Made by a program: the position numbers and the translations under genes. DNA of 64,000 nucleotides, taken from assembly GCA_964016885.1 (NCBI GenBank), contig OZ024742.1:251968001-252032000 (forward strand), in the 5' to 3' direction. Under the pieces are notes generated by a model that saw only the letters and a list, made by a program, of their open reading frames with translations, had not been told where the DNA came from and ran no database searches. Positions 1 through 12,331 of the stretch are shown piece after piece; the first letter of the stretch is position 1, and every line of letters starts with the position of its first letter. Source of the stretch: Eledone cirrhosa (Eukaryota).

Positions 1-1310
1 TAAGTACACACTTCTCCCCGACAATATCACGGTTTTCCTTGACACATTGCCTAGCAATCCTGAACACCTCACGTTTTTGGTCCTCGCGTTGTAGTCCTTG
101 CTTGTAGTCCTTGCTTGAACTTTCTTTCCTCTGCTTCCCTTCTTGCAAAGTACACTTGTCTCCTAGCTTCCCTCCTGGCCACTCGATAGTCTTCTCTACT
201 TCCCCCATCCCGCCATACTTTCCAAGCCTGCTTTTTGGCCTTAATTGACTCCTCCACCTTACTGTTCCACCACCATGTTACTCTCCTCCTGCCTATAGGC
301 CTGCTCCAGCCACAGACTTCGTCTGCCGCCATCAGCAGGTTTGCTTTCAGGAATTCCCACTGTTCCTCTATATTGTACGACTCTAAATGCTCTTCCTTAC
401 TGTCGAAAGCATCAAGTACTATGCTTTGAAATTTATTTCTGGCTGTGGGGTCCTTTAATTTCCATATTTTTCTCCTGAGGATAGTCCTCTTCTGCTGTCG
501 AGTACGTCTCGTCCTGACTATGAGGTTGCTAATTATGAGTCTATGTTGGGAGGTGCATTCTTCATGGGGGAGGGATTTAGTGTTTACAACAGACACTCTG
601 TCACGTCTTCTGGTAAGGATATAATCTACCTGGCTAGTATGTTCCCCTGATCTGTAGGTGATCAGGATTCTGGAGCCTTCCTCATTTCTAGTACCAAACC
701 CATAGCCTCCGTGGATTCCATCATAGCCGTCACAATGTTGTCCAACGTGACCATTTAGGTCGCCAGCAATAATTATATAGTCACTGTCGGTTATTTGGGA
801 GGTAGTGGGCATCAGTGTCTCATAGAAACTGTCTTTTATAGCGCCAGGCAGTCCAGATTGAGGCGCGTACGCAGATATTACCGTCACAGTAGTTCTATTT
901 AGAACAAGTCTTATTTTAATTATTCTGTCATTCACTCTATTTACGTCTATTATCTTATCCACCCATTTTTCTGCTAACATGATTCCTACTCCACCCAGCC
1001 CATTGTCATTTCCCACCCAGAAAAGCTTATAGCATCGTTTTTTACCCACAATGAATCTAGCAGACCCGCCCCTCCACCTGGTCTCTTGGATACAGCAACC
1101 TCCTTACGTTCAAGCATTTCTACAACCTCGTTAGAGCGGCCTTTTAAGGTGCCTACATTCATGGTACCAACTCTGAAGATTTGGGAGGGGTGAGGTGGTT
1201 GGGGATATGTTGGCCATCCGCGGCCACAACAAAGAGGAGGAGGAGGTGAATTTGTCGTTATCTTTGGCATTGTCTTTGAGTGTCCAAATTCTTCAGACTC
1301 TCCAGAAATT
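1..1310 (-). mobile_element. RTE-clade LINE, 5' part (APE endonuclease and linker), frameshifted; runs off the window start
   Basis: ORFs 986-1270 (VGTMNVGTLKGR) and 69-1049 (ISAYAPQ, IIAGDLNGHVG, QVDYIL, SQHRL, TWWWN) carry the APE motifs and the WW linker typical of RTE ORFs. Confidence 0.9.
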
Positions 1311-1440
1311 CCTTAGTCCATCCATCATATCGAAAAGCAACCAGAAGTGATAGCATAGGCCATTGACTTGTGATTGGTCCAAATAGTAAAGGTGGAGAGT
1401 GGGGGCAAAGGGAGGGGTATGGGGTAGTTAGCGAGGAGCA

Positions 1441-1908
1441 GGCTTATTTATAAGGGAGATTGAGAGAGCGACGTATATGATAGAGAGAGTAGGGGTGAAA
1501 GCGATTTTAGAGGGCCGAGAGAGAGAAGCCATTTTTATGAATCCTGGAAAAATTTTCGGCCAAAATGGTAGCGAGAAGATTATTTAGAACAAGCGTGGAG
1601 AAGATTTTTAGAACAGTGAGACAGAATTATAGAAAAACAATTATCAATAGGATTTTGATTCTGGGCGATTATAGATATATGGATGAATGAACCGAAGGGT
1701 GGGGAGACAAGAAGATAATGTTATTTATACGTTACATTTCTTAGAAGCGGACTGACCATCAATAAGAGTTGACAAATTCTGAGTTTTGTCCCTTGTAACT
1801 GGCTTATTTATATTTGGTGCGTAGGGAGTGAGAGGGAGATTGAGAGAGCGACGTATATAATAGAGAGTGTGGGGGTGAAAGCGATTTTAGAGGGCTGAGA
1901 GAGAGAAA
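1441..1908. repeat. Imperfect direct repeat (~75 bp core) upstream of the RTE element, probably 5' UTR
   Basis: agggagattgagagagcgacgtatat..atagagag..ggggtgaaagcgattttagagggc.gagagagagaa occurs at ~1453 and ~1833. Confidence 0.75.
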
Positions 1909-2230
1909 ATTTAATAGTGTAACTGGAGGAGGGTAAAGTAATGACAAACAAAACAACAATCTTTACTCTATATATCATAATATTTCAAGGTTGAAACCCT
2001 TTTTTCAATGGAAGAATGAAGAAAAATTGGAACATTTTCTTCTTATGAGCTATTCTTTGTTGTATGACTGACAAACAATAGTGTTAAACCCACCAATTGA
2101 AGCAATTGAAATGCTGGGAGAGGTTTTAACCATCCCTAATTCTATGATACTGTTTATTAGTGTTTATAGTTATCAAAAAACCTATCATAATTATAAGTGT
2201 AAGTTATGTTCCAGTCACCAACTTAATAAT

Positions 2231-2424
2231 TGTTTCTACTTTTGGCACAAGGCCAGCAATTATCCCAGTACATTACTGGTTCTTTATTTTATCGACCCCG
2301 TAAGGATGAAAGGCAAAGTTAACCTCGGCGGGATTTGAACTCAGATCATAAAGGGAGGTAACTCTATGCTTCAAAGCATGGCGCCCGACCCTCTACCGAT
2401 ACTGCCAATCCACCGCCCTTAAAA
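2231..2424 (-). mobile_element. tRNA-derived SINE family A, full copy with 16-bp TSD
   Basis: Minus strand shows A-box TGGCAGTATCGG, B-box GAGTTCAAATCC, body gccgaggttaactttgcctttcatcc...gtcgataaaataaag and an (ATT)n tail. It is flanked by tcaccaacttaataat at 2215-2230 and 2425-2440. About 20 further copies or fragments occur in the window (e.g. 2469+, 3415-, 4564-, 7895-, 8945+, 11880+, 16218+, 17116-, 18492-, 26552-, 52110+, 52287+). Confidence 0.9.
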
Positions 2425-3414
2425 TCACCAACTTAATAATGAAGTTAGTTTTATTATTAGATCCCTCCAGGGTGATGGATTGGCAGTATCAGTAGAGCGT
2501 CAGATACCATGCTTCACAGCATAGTTATGTCCCTTTCTGGTCTGAGTTGAAATTTTGCTGAGGTTAGCTTTGCCTTTCATCCTTACAGGGTCGATAAAAT
2601 AAAGTACCTGGGACTTCAAAGGTGTCATATTCTTAACGTCATTGTCACTGAAAGATCTTTCCCACCAGTTTTCCAACAAAACCTTAGGGTTTCTTCACAG
2701 GTACTTCTGGATTCTTTTCTCCAGCTTCATGGGTATAATATATATTAATTAATTGGCAGTAGCACTAAGATAGCGTTAAGCATATTGGAGGTGTATATGA
2801 AAGCATATATGATTATATACAATAAGTATAAGAGAACCTCGTTATCAAAGAAAAATTTTTTTGTTATGAAAAAATTATTTGTCTCTTTTGTTCTGTGAAC
2901 ATGTTACAGATATCTCTGTAGTAGTCAAGAATGCCAGACAATGCTGTTTCAAGATTCATTAATCTCTCATCAGTGACATTCACTTTAGTTTATTTTCATG
3001 TCAACACTGGTAGAGTCTATTTAGATTTTGCATATTGAACATTTACTGAAGATGCACATTTACATATAACAAATAGAAAACATTACCTGGAAAGGCTTAT
3101 TTGTATATAATGCAAATTTGACTGGTTATAATTAATTGGCAGTAGCACTAAGATAGTGTTAAGCATAACAGGGGTGTGTATGAAAACATATACTATATGT
3201 TTATATAGAATAAACGTATGAGAGCCTTGCTAATCATGAGAAAGTTAGTTATGTTACTTAATATACTTAAAACTACAAAATACTTTGTAAAATGTGAATA
3301 AATTAGAATCTGAAACAAAAATGTTGCTTTTTAAATGATCTTAGCCATTTCATTTTAACTGCCTTTTTGTCAATATAATATTAAGCTTGGAAATTATTGC
3401 CAGACAAAATTAAG

Positions 3415-3630
3415 AATTGTTTCTAATATAAGCACAAGGCCAGCAATTTTGGGGGAGGGGAAAGTCGATTAAATCGACTCCAGTGTGTGACTGGTACTTT
3501 ATTTTATCGGCCCCGTGAGGATGAAAGGCAAAGTTAACCATGGCGGGATTTAAACTCAGACCATAAAGGGCCGTAACTCTTTGCTGTTAAGAATGGCGTC
3601 CGACCCTCTACCGATACTGCCAATCCACCG
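3415..3630 (-). mobile_element. SINE family A copy
   Basis: Same head, body and tail as 2231-2424. Confidence 0.85.
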
Positions 3631-3639
3631 ATAATAATA

Positions 3640-4135
3640 CCACATTCTGAGAAGTGGTTTGAGCGTAAGCCAGATTAGGTGATAGAAAGCGATTAAGTGA
3701 AGGTGCTATGGGATTTCAGGATACAGACAGACAAGAAATTAGAACACAATAGGCCTGACCTGGTGGTTTTGGACAAGGAAAAAAGATTGTGTCTGATTGT
3801 AGACGTAGCCTGCCCCTTTGACACAAGAGTGCAAGAAAAGGAGAAAATTAACCAATACCAGGATTTAAAGTGGGAATTAAAAAGGATTTAGGACTGGCAT
3901 GAGATCAAGGTTGTCCCGATTGTCATAGGAGCACTAGGTACTACCTTGATGAATTTTCAAGGATGGTTAAAGAACATTAAACCAGTCCCTTTTTTTGGAA
4001 CACTTCAAAAGGCATGCTTGCTGGGAGCAGCAAGAACCCTCCGATATGTCTTGCATATCTGAGGCTGTAGGTAGCGGTTTGATGTTCATTTGAATAAACT
4101 TTCTAGTTAAATAACATCAATGACTGTGACTCAAA
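3640..4135 (+). mobile_element. 5'-truncated R4/Dong-clade non-LTR retrotransposon (restriction-like endonuclease C-terminus plus 3' UTR)
   Basis: KVLWDFRIQTDKKLEHNRPDLVV...IVDVACPFD...EKINQYQDL...*...VVPIVIGALG is the PD..D RLE signature. It contains in-frame stops and is bordered by (TAA)n runs. Confidence 0.85.
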
Positions 4136-6266
4136 GAAAAATAACAATAATAATAATACTACAATAAACAATATCTATAATAATAGGTACTCTAGGTATG
4201 ATAAAAAGAAACACACAGACAAATACATAGACAAAACCCCAGGACTTACAAATATATACAGCATACAAAAGATAGCACTGCACACATATTATGAAAAGTA
4301 CTATCAATACAATAGAAACAACATCAGCAAAAACTACACTGCTCATACCCAAGGTGCAAAGAGCTGTGCTCAGTAAAGCAATGATGCTCAATAAAATTAA
4401 TAAGGGAACTAATAATAATAATGATATAAATAAAAGCAAGACATAAACAAATTTTTTTTTAGATATTTAATACACTGAAGTATGAAGAATCCATCTTCAT
4501 TGAAAAATACTCCAAATTCTGTGCTTAAGTCCTCTTTATTGATATATTAACTTGATATATACAATAATTGTTTCTACTTTTTGGCACAAGGCCAGCAATT
4601 ATCCCAGTGTAGTACTGGACCCCGTAGGGATGAAAGGCAAAGTTAACCTCAGCGGGATTTGAACTCGGTCCGTAAAGGGACGTAACTGTGCTGCAAAGCA
4701 TGGCATCCGACCCTCTACCGATACTGCCAATAATACTGGTTAAACTGTGCATCGTATTTATGTTTGGCATATTTATTGGTAGGGGAATTTAGTTAAATCT
4801 CTAAGTAATGATGCTTTGTTGAGATCTCAAATATCAGAATAGAAAATAATTGTTTCTACTTTTGGCACAAGGCCAGCAATTACATCTAAATGGCAATAAT
4901 AAAATAAAAATAAACTATATAAAATAGAATTAAAAAAAAATATTGTCATTTTGTCAAGTGGTAAAATGTATCACTTCTAAATTTAACCCTTTTCATACCA
5001 AAAAGCATGAAACCAACACCAGTTCCACTATACAAAACTGTATATTTTAAAGTGTTTATATTTATCCAATAATTTTATGTAAGAATCCTTGTTAAGTTAA
5101 GCTATAAACATTAGCTTAATCCTTCTGATAGCAAACCATCATATATATATATACATACATATATATATATATGTATGTATATATATATAATCTTTTATCC
5201 TCCCATGACCATCCAGTGTCAATAACACAACAAAAAGCACCCGGTCCACACTGTATAGTGGTCATGTAGGAGACACGGTAAACAGGCTTCCAGTCCACAC
5301 TGTAAATGTGGCTGGTGTTAGGAAGGGCATGCAGCCATAGAAAACCTGTCAAAAACAGTTCCATACAAGCGAGACACGGTCTCCCGACCAATCCCGCATC
5401 AAATGGAACAAAATCGTCTAACCCAAGCTAGCGTGAAAGATGGACATTAAACGATGATGATGATCATATATATATGTATCTACTGTGCACTATGTTTCTA
5501 TCTGTTCTTTTTCAGTTGAAGCACATTGGTCTGTGTTTCCCTGTTTTCTTATGTCCTAAAATGCACTGAAATGAATAGTATTAACCGTAATTCACTGAAA
5601 CTATTGGGATTTCCAGAGGTTGAATAATGAGATTACTGCAGTAGGTTGAGATCCTATGAGCATATTTTAGTGTTTGTGACTTGTTCGCTTTCATCCATTC
5701 TTCTTCATCCTTTCTATCTTCTCTTATGGTAAATACAATAATTTAATAAAGTAATCAAAGCGCACATACCCCCACTATAACGATATACACCTGAACATAA
5801 GATATATGCTATATATACATATATTGGCATAATATGAGCATATTTTAGTGTTTGTGACTTGTCCGCTTTCATCCATTCTTTTTCCTCCTTCCTATCTTCT
5901 GTTCCTTCCTTCGAGCCAACCCACATCGAGTCGCTGATCTCTGTCCTTCAAGGTAATATTTTACCCAATGCCACTTCAACAGCATTTTGCTGTTCTAACA
6001 GCTTCCATATGCTGAGTTTTACCATTTTCCTGAGAATCCTAATACACTCGCATCTCAAAACTCTATTTTTGAGATAATTTGTTTATACCTTCAAAAGCTA
6101 CTTTAGCCTTCTAACGCGAACTAATATCATGCCTGAACTGAGTTGTCTTTTCTTCCCTCCTCTTCTGTCTGCCTATTACCACATTTAAGCTTGCCCATAA
6201 CCTCCGTGACCTCCTGTTATGTAGTTTCTTCTCGTCCTTTCCTACAACTCCACCCGGCTCTTATCC

Positions 6267-6637
6267 TTGTTCTCAGTATATACATGTCCTTTCATTTCCA
6301 CCCTCCCCACTCTCATAGGCCCCAATTGGTCATTCCGTATCTGCCATTCCTTCACCTGCACCTCCACCCATGTTGTCTATGCCCTCCGGTGTTCCCTTTG
6401 TGGGTCCTTATACATCGGACAAACGGGAGGCTGTTTGGTGGACATACGACTTGGTTTGGATACCCCCATCGCCCATCATTTCCGTTTTCCTGTCACTCTT
6501 CCCTACATGTCTCAGTCCTGGGTGTTCTTTTACATCACGGATCACAGGCCTCACACACCAGGACTGAACAGTGTCTGATTTACCGCTTTGGGTCCTGTTT
6601 CCCTCGTGGACTCAACTTCCCTCCCCAATTTCTTTAA
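6267..6637 (+). mobile_element. Penelope-like element fragment, GIY-YIG endonuclease (degenerate)
   Basis: HSFTCTSTHVVYALRCSLCGSLYIGQTG...IAHHF, continuing after a frameshift as EQCLIYRFGSCFPRGLN. This matches the PLE GIY-YIG domain with its CxxC insert. Confidence 0.85.
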
Positions 6638-7090
6638 TACCCCGTCTGTTATCACACACACGCTTGTGTATTCACCCCTAGATTCCTATGGCTGTCTTAT
6701 GGTCAGAAACTTATACTCTCACAGTTAATACACACACTCCACTTTTCCCTTCACACACCCTTATATTAATATACTTTTTCGCATAGCTTTGTACTTACAA
6801 GCACACACACACACACTCTTTTACTTACATATACAGGCACACATCCACTTAGCTTCATACAGACGTATAATAACACACACATACGTACGTGCACAAGTAT
6901 AGCTCTTTATACAAAACGCTTTTTATTTCAATTTTAGGTAGATGCACTCCATCATCCACTTTTCTAAAAAATAACGCCAGCATCAACAGTTTTCCAAGAG
7001 ATGGAAACATGAATGGACCTGTTATTTTTATGTAAAGACTTTTTTTCCAATTCCACTCCACCCGTCCCTTCAATTTATCTAATTTCTCAT

Positions 7091-7135
7091 TCTTTCTTCT
7101 GATGAAGGAAGGACTTGTGTCCGAAACATTAAGAC
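7091..7135 (+). ncRNA. Minimal hammerhead-ribozyme-like motif (Penelope-associated), degenerate
   Basis: CTGATGA (7099-7105), then stem ggac/gtcc, GAAAC and ATTA-aga, about 460 nt downstream of the GIY-YIG fragment. Confidence 0.55.
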
Positions 7136-8499
7136 TCTCTTCCTGCTATTTCAAGCGTTAACCTAATATATTCCTTCCATATACTGTACCGATTATGTTG
7201 TTAATTCTGTTTACCTTTTACACATACGCATGCACGCACACACACACACACATATATATATTTTGGGGAGGGTCATATTGCCAGAAATATATAATAATGA
7301 CCCTCCCCAAATAAAACAATATTTGTTTCAACACACGATTTCATATCAAAAACCTTGCAAAACAAATTCCTCACCGTATACACACACACACACACACATA
7401 TATATATACATATATAAATATATATGTATATTTTATCGATCTCAACCTCTCAATCAGAATCAAAATAGTAATTATACTGCTTGAAAGAATTCTTATCTGA
7501 AATTAATTGTTGCCACTATCAAAGGTTATTAGAAACAATCCTTCTTTTTTTTTATGTGATCGACAATATTCCAGACCTCATTCTCTTACTGAGTGGCGTG
7601 GAAGTCTTCAAATCGGACCAATGACACAATATTTCCATTGCTGATACTGTTTATCGGTGGCAAATCCTGACAGAAAAAGCAATATGAAATAAAGTATCTT
7701 GATCAAGGACATAACACATCGCCCGGTCTGGGAATCAAATGCTTAACCTCACTATTGTGAATCCAATTCTCTAATCCCTTAGCCATGCACCTTCATTTCT
7801 ATCTAGTATTAATTGTTGCCACTATCAATGGAAATTAAAAAGTAAAAAGAAATTCTGCAACTGAAATTTGTTTGAGATAAAGTAATAATATACAATAATT
7901 GTTTCTACATTTGGCACAAGGCCAGCAATTATCCCAGTGCATTACTGGTACTTTATTTTATTGACTCCGTAAGGATGAAAGGCAAAGTTAACCTCGGTGG
8001 GATTTGAACTCAGACCATAAAGGGTCGTAACTCTTTGCTGCAAAGCATGGTGTCAGACCCTCTACCAATACTGCCAATACACACAATAATGTTAAACAGA
8101 GTAAGGCATACAAAATAATCTTTCAAAAAATATTTCCCTGATAGTCATTGTTGTGCTTTCCAACAGTTTTCTTTGTATGCAGCTCTGGGAAACTCACTTG
8201 ACTCGATATGCCCAAGGCCCCTTTTAAAAAATTTTTTTTTTAATTTTTTAAATCTCATTATAAAGAGTATTGGAGTGATAAAAATAGATTTTTACCATTT
8301 TACATTCTGCATTCAAATCACAGGAAAAATATGTACCAGTCATAAACTAAAATCAGTGAAGTAGATTACATGTCCTTGTCTAAATTTGTGACCTTGTCCT
8401 TATGTTAAAAATTATTATTATTATAGGAGCGTCCTCCTAGGGTGCTCATAGAGATGAGGGTAGATTGAGATTTGTGGGGTTCCTAACTTTCCCCCTCAG

Positions 8500-8935
8500 T
8501 GGTATCCCTCCTATTGGGGAATTCTGTTGTTGATATTTTTTTTGTTTATTTATTTTGTTAATTTTTTTGTACTCAATTGCATATAAATCCCCACTGTCCC
8601 AATCTTTGTATTGTCCTCTATGGTCGGCCCTTGTGGCCAATAATAAAGAAATCATTATTATTATTGATGAGGGATTGGCTGAAGAGAAATGTGTCTGTCT
8701 TCAGTCATTTCAGCCTGGTCCACCATACAACCTCTTTTGCTACTGCTACCAGGGGTGGTTCAGAATTGGTGGGGTACCTGAATCAACCCTGGGGAATTTT
8801 CATTGTTGTATTTTTCTTGTTTCTTGTTATTGTTTTCCTTTTTTTTTTTTACTTGCTTTTTATGTAAAGCCTCCACTGTCCCAGTCTATTGTATTGTCCC
8901 CTATATATCAGCCCTTGTGGCCAATAAACAAAACC
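8500..8935 (+). repeat. Two 3'-end fragments of an unclassified retroelement (third copy 16010-16200)
   Basis: A shared tail ccactgtccca.tct.ttgtattgtcc.ctat...cccttgtggccaataa ends at (ATT)n microsatellites in all three copies. Confidence 0.6.
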
Positions 8936-11900
8936 ATTATTATCGGACGTTATGCTTTCCAGCATAGTTACGTCCCTTTATGATCTGAGTTCAAATCCCG
9001 CCGAGGTTAACTTTGCCTTTCATCCTTACGGGGTCGATAAAATAAAGTACCAGTCACGCACTGGGGTCGATTTAATCAACTTTCCGCTCCCCCAAAATGC
9101 TGGCCTTGTGCCTATATAAGAAACCATTATTATTATCATTATCATATGACCAGTTCCATTTCTAGGGTGATGATGAGGATGAAATGGAGGTTGAAGACGA
9201 TCCAACAAACTGTTGTAACTGGAATTGGAAAGATGAGAAGAAAAAGCATAAACAAAACAGAAAACAGCTCTTTGAAAAAAAGATGCCAAACATGACATCC
9301 TGAAATACACATTCATCAGAACACTAGTTTGGTTAAGAAAGTGTATGAATTGGAGAAGGAAAATTCATGCAATATGTGGATGGAATCTGAACTACAGGAT
9401 TGCTATTGAGAACTCCCAGAAGATAAACTTTTACTATCAAAAGTATATAGAGAGTACTTTTGTCTAAAAGATGTGGATGCTTGTTGATGAACCCACTAAA
9501 GAAATGCTTACAGACTATTTTGGTGAACTCTGGGAAATATATAATGCATGGTGAGTGAGCAGAAATGTTCCCAACTGTGTGTTGATGTTTAACCCTAAAT
9601 GTTTTTATATCTTATATATCTTGTGATAAATATTGTATATTTTTTCATTCTTTTATCAAATCTATTGTATAATGTCCTTGCCCCTACCTTCATTTTTATA
9701 TGACATGTCCAGTTGTACATGTATTGTAACTTGTATGTTTATAATGTTTACTGAATTTGTATGTACAAGGCTTTGTGGCTAAAAATGAAATCTGTATTAT
9801 TATCATCTTGATCATTATCCTCAATAGATATGATATAGCCTAAGTGTTTGGTCACACATATACATGTCATCTTGAACAAGATCTTTAACCCCACTTGCCT
9901 TAATTAAGATGAAGTTTTTCAAACTGGATGTTGTCGATAATCTTTAGATGTGTTGCAAAATTAAATAAAAACCTGATTTATTTTATGAATAATTGGCTAT
10001 GAAGTACATTGTTTGTAGATCAATTTTCTTACTTTTGTGTCACTAATAACATTTTATTTTTGTGTTATGAAAAACATTATTTATAAAAAATAATATGCTA
10101 CCTATGTGAAACTTTTGGAAAATCTGCCTTAAGGTAATGAAAATATTTAAGAAGTTATGTTTTTTAACATTCTTCTTTGGACCTCTGTCAGTTTCAGTAG
10201 GTGTTCCAGTGGTATGAACAATGGAACAGTCTGCATACGAAATTAACATACAAGTGGCTGAGCATTCCACAAAGATATGTATCCATAATCTTTAGCACGC
10301 TAGTAATTTTTATGAGTTGTTTCCCTTGACACAGCATTATTTATTGGTGCATTTTGTTGCTGACTGTGCACTAAAGATTAATAAAGTTTTGAGGGAAATT
10401 CACTATGACACAGAATATGACATAGCTAGCCCCTTTGAATTACCGACACAACTTATTTTCGTCAGCTGAGTGGATAGGAATAATGTGAAATAAAGTATCT
10501 TGTGAAATAAAGTGTCTTGGACACAACATGCTACTGGTTATCGAACTCAATGTTATGATCATGAACCAAACATGGTAATCACTAACCCACTTGCCTTTAC
10601 ATTTCTTAATTTAACACAACTTAATCACATTGCTAAGCATACACTTGAATGCCAGTTGCTAGATGAGTATAACTTATTCTCTCAAATACTGTGCTTCTCA
10701 ATAATTATATTATTTTGTAGGTAAAGATGACTCAACTTCATTATGTCTAATGTTTATTTTGTCAACTTCAAGAAGATAAATGATACATATGTTGGGAGCA
10801 TTTCAAATATATGCATGAAACTCTAAACTATTAATGTGTCATTTGTGTCAATTCTAGTGCCATCTTCAATACCAATTTATAACCACAATCCCTGTTAAAT
10901 TCCCTTTTTACCATTTTCCCCTTCTAATTACTAACCAGCAACAATTAAAATTCTTGACTAACTTAACTCAAATATCCCTTCATCTTAAAGTAGCTATGGC
11001 TTCCAAATCACCTTCTTTAGATACCAAACCACTTGAAACTGACTCTAGCTTTACAGTACAGAATTGTTTGTTTTAGCATGTTTATATTTAAAAAACATCC
11101 CATCATAATTTTCTATAAGAACCTTTATTAAGATATGTTTCAAACACCAGCTTTTGATTATTAGAAAGACACTACAAAATCTGTCCAAATTCTTAATTAT
11201 TTTCAAAATAATCATTGGAAATATGGTAAATTCAACTTTTTAAAAAAGTGAGCCATCATGAAGTTATTTAAATTAACTCTTAACAATTGCGTAATGATGT
11301 GGCAGAAAATATCTAAAAATAGATTTATTAATTCAAATGTTTAAAGTCCTAGTGGACAAATTATTGTGAAAATTTGCAGTATTTCAATTTTTAATGTGAT
11401 TTAGTCATAGTACTTTTTATTATACTTTTCAAGAATGTTTTGCTAATGCAGTTTTATATGGTATAAGACATTAAGAGTTAATATAATCGTAAATTGACAA
11501 GAAGGGCTCTTTATACTAACATCTAAGTATCAATTTGAAAATATCAAAGTGCGATGGTCATATTTTCTTCATTAGTGTATAATGATTATGTTATGCTCAT
11601 CACTTCATTTTATTAACATACACAGAATCACCAGCAAAACAAATATATTCAGTGTTGGATTTGATACCATATTTCTATTTCACATTTTTAGATCTATTTA
11701 TAAAATATCAAATACTGTGAGTTTATAGATATGGTGTCAATTTTATCAAACAAAAATCACAAGTGTTTAAGCACATTGTTTTAGTATGATAATGGCTGAA
11801 TGAGAGTGGTATTGAGGTTTTTAAAATAAATTTTCTGCAGTCTCCCTTACTATTGAGATGTTGTTGTGCAAATAACAGATTGGCAGGTTAGTTGTTGGAT

Positions 11901-12331
11901 AAAATACCTTCTGGCATTTAGTTACGGCTCTTTATGTTCTGAGTTCAAATCACATCAAAGTCAACTTTTCTTTTCATCCTTCTGAGGTCGATGAAATAAA
12001 ATAACCAGTCAAGTACTGGAGTTGATTTAATCAACTTTTCACTCCTCCAAATAATTGATGGCCTTGTGCCTACATCAAAAATCAATATTGTTGTGGATTG
12101 GCAGAAACATTAGAATGTTGGACAAAATGCTTTGTGCTAACATTTATTCCTGCTGTCTGCTTTTTGAGTTCAAATCCCAATGAGGACAATTTTTCAGAGT
12201 CAATAAAATAAAATAACAGTAAAGTACTGGAGTTGATTTAATCAAGTTTTCACTCCTCCAAATAATTGCTGGCCTTATACCTAATTTAAAAATCATCATC
12301 ATCATTATTATAAGGGCAGTATCAGTAGAAT

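Noticed and set aside
2231-2424. SINE heads as tRNA genes
   Set aside because: A and B boxes are present, but there is no intact cloverleaf and the heads continue into the SINE body and tail with TSDs.
4131-4439. Hydrophobic 102-aa ORF resembling a membrane protein
   Set aside because: It is the antisense of A-rich low-complexity sequence and starts at a non-ATG codon; a compositional artefact.
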